Position numbers and translations under genes: made by a program | Part shown: positions 61,795-64,000 of the stretch, piece by piece | How the letters are laid out: every line of letters begins with the position of its first letter | Numbering within the stretch: position 1 is the first letter of the stretch | From: Marsupella aquatica | Lineage: Eukaryota > Plantae > Marchantiophyta | Assembly: GCA_973895155.1 (NCBI GenBank) | Contig: OZ316891.1 | Span: 5,799,708 to 5,863,707, forward strand | Direction: 5' to 3' | DNA length: 64,000 nt | The notes under the pieces: model-generated | Databases searched by the model: none | What the model saw: the letters and a program-made list of their open reading frames with translations, nothing else | What the model was told of the DNA's origin: nothing

Positions 61795-62005
61795 GCTGCT
61801 CCTTAAGAGTGAAGGGGCTTGACCTGGAGATGGGCACAATGGTATTCATCATCTATATATGAGCAAAACTCTGACATTCAGGCCAGCGGGAACTCTTATG
61901 GACTCCTTGAGTGAAGGGGTTTGAACTGGAGATTGGTGGGATGATACTTACCATTTATTTATGAGCAAAGCTCAGGCATTCAGGCTAGTGGGAATTCTTA
62001 TGGAA
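61795..62005. repeat. ~100-bp imperfect tandem duplication
   Basis: ctcctt..gagtgaagggg.ttga.ctggagat...tatgagcaaa.ctc.g.cattcaggc.ag.gggaa.tcttatgga occurs twice. Confidence 0.7.
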
Positions 62006-63774
62006 GGTGAGGGGTCGGAAAATTGTTGCTCCTCCTTGGGATTTAGTTTTGGCAGTTTATTTAGTTTTGTGGTCCATTTGCTAAACCTTCTTGAGTAAAC
62101 ATTTTGCTGCATGCTAGATTTTCAGGGAGAGTGCAATGGAACAAGAGAGAAAGATGTTGGCTATCATGGTCCTTTTATGCCAAAAATAAAATAAAATTGT
62201 GAAAGATGTTTATTACCATTTACAGTTAGAGCATGGTCACTATGGTGCATCACCTTTTTAGAATTCAACTTGCAATGAGCCCCCACTTGTGCTGGTGTCA
62301 AGGCCTATGTTTATTGTATTTACATACTTTGCACACTGCAGCCGTCTTTAGCCTCTCAAGACCCTTTCAAAAAATATGTAGAACTACTATATAATTATGT
62401 CTACAATGAAGCCCATTTTTTCAAGACTGAGGTAAAATGTACATGCTAATGCTTGTGACATGGGCCTTGACAAACAATGCCTCCACCAGGATCAGCCTGC
62501 CAACCTGGGTTACCCGTAGTTACCATTACAAGTAATTTTTCCCTGAAATTGTGGAGTGCACCGGCATGGTAGAGGAGAAGAGCAAGTGGAATGTGAAACA
62601 AGGGGGAGGTCTTGGACAGTCCCCCCCTTATATATGCCAGTTGTGGTTTAAATAGATTAGAGACATCACCAAGGATACAATTATATAGCTCATGTCAAAC
62701 AAAAACAGGCATGATTGTAAAAATAAGAGTTTATCGCCAAGAAGAGGGAGGGCAACAGGGCTTGAATGTCAAAAGAGGCCCTAAGTGAGGTATGGATTGG
62801 CCAAGAACATAAAATGGTTTTATAGCTAGCAAAGAATCTTAGAGTCTATTTCTACACATTCTCTGTGAGAATGAAACATCCAGAATGTAAGAGCCATAAT
62901 CAAGATCTTCCTTATGGGTGTGCTTTGACTGGCCCTAATGCATGCAATCCCTCCAGATCACCAGTGAGCCACAAAAACAGAAATCCTCCTTCATTCTCAT
63001 GATCTCATCAGTATCCCAATCAGCCATTTTTTTGTGGGCAAATATTCGCCAAAATATTACCTAGAGAAGGGGCTGGCAAATGATACTCAGGCTAAATTCT
63101 GCAAAAAATTCCAGCCATTTGCCACATCAGGATCAAGGGCTGGCATCATTTGCCAGCAAGTCTTAGGCAAGATAAGTGCTGTTCGCCTACTGCTCATTAC
63201 AATGCAGTGTACGTAGTTGCCGGTCACTGACAATGAGCTAGCAGAGTTTTCCCAAGAATGAGCTAGCAGAGCTTAGAAGTTTTCCCAATAAATGAATTTC
63301 TCAGTTTCTATTAGAGAGAGAAGCTGTTCAACTTACCATTTGCCACCTGAGTGCATTGCTAAACTTTGGGATCCCGTCTTTTTTTTGTCCTTCGTCCCAA
63401 TGTAAAAAAGCTCCTGGGTGGGAAAGATCTACAGTCGTTGGATTCAATTAGCTGTTTTCCTTGACCATTGATGGAGGAAATGTGCACCCTAGCACATATG
63501 TGCTGCCCCATAAATACCCTGGCCCGACTCCCTATGGGCCGGCCCTCCTTGCACCGTAACCCACGGGCATAGGGCTCATCCCACGGGCATAGGGCTCATA
63601 AATATAGAGTAGCCAACTTTCTTTATTCCATAGGCCAGTTGGGAGCAACCTTGGCTACTTTTTCAAATACAGAAAAAAAGAGTCTGATCCCAATTCTTCA
63701 AAATGACCATCCGTCCTTTCCTTGCAGTGCCTCAATCTGTTGGCCCCTCCATCAAAGTGGTGACAAAGGTATCG

Positions 63775-64000
63775 AGAGCGAGAGAGAAAAAGACAGAAGA
63801 GCCTCCTTCAAAGTATCGAGAGCCAGAGAAAGAAGAAGACAGAAGAGCCCTCCTTCAAAGTTTGGAGAGACAGAGAGAAAGAAGAAGACAGAAGAGCCCT
63901 CCTTCAAAGTTTGGAGACACAGAGAAAGAAGGAGACAGAAGAGCCCTCCTTCAAAGTTTCGAGAGACAGAGAAAGAAGAAGACAGAAGAGGCGTCCTCCA
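63775..64000. repeat. 47-49-bp purine-rich tandem repeat running to the window end
   Basis: gagccctccttcaaagtttggagagacagagagaaagaagaagacagaa, about 5 units. Confidence 0.9.

Noticed and set aside
1-64000. tRNA, rRNA or conserved miRNA genes
   Set aside because: None recognised by eye; tRNAscan-SE or Infernal would be needed to exclude them.

Overview
Eukaryotic, land-plant-type nuclear DNA (GT-AG introns, plant TE families; the lineage cannot be fixed from sequence alone), rich in transposons. The centre holds a 16.6-kb Mutator-like (MULE) DNA transposon (20745-37374; ~305-bp TIRs, TCTAACTA target duplication). It carries a SWIM-domain DDE transposase on + and two accessory genes on -: an RPA70-C-like OB-fold gene and a 5-exon, ~764-aa gene whose spliced N-terminus reads MARTKSKASKKR, like the histone H3 tail. 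A very young Ty1/copia LTR retrotransposon (30357-36956, GAAAG TSD, LTRs differing at one base) is nested inside it. Also present: a decayed Pong/PIF-Harbinger element (13533-17719) with a possible third ORF, an intronless GC-rich bacterial-type peroxiredoxin gene lacking the catalytic Cys (2590-3138), an F-box/Kelch pseudogene, an intact 10-exon beta-propeller gene of unknown function (54561-60763), and several tandem and dispersed repeats. Family assignments come from motif recognition and recall, not database searches.
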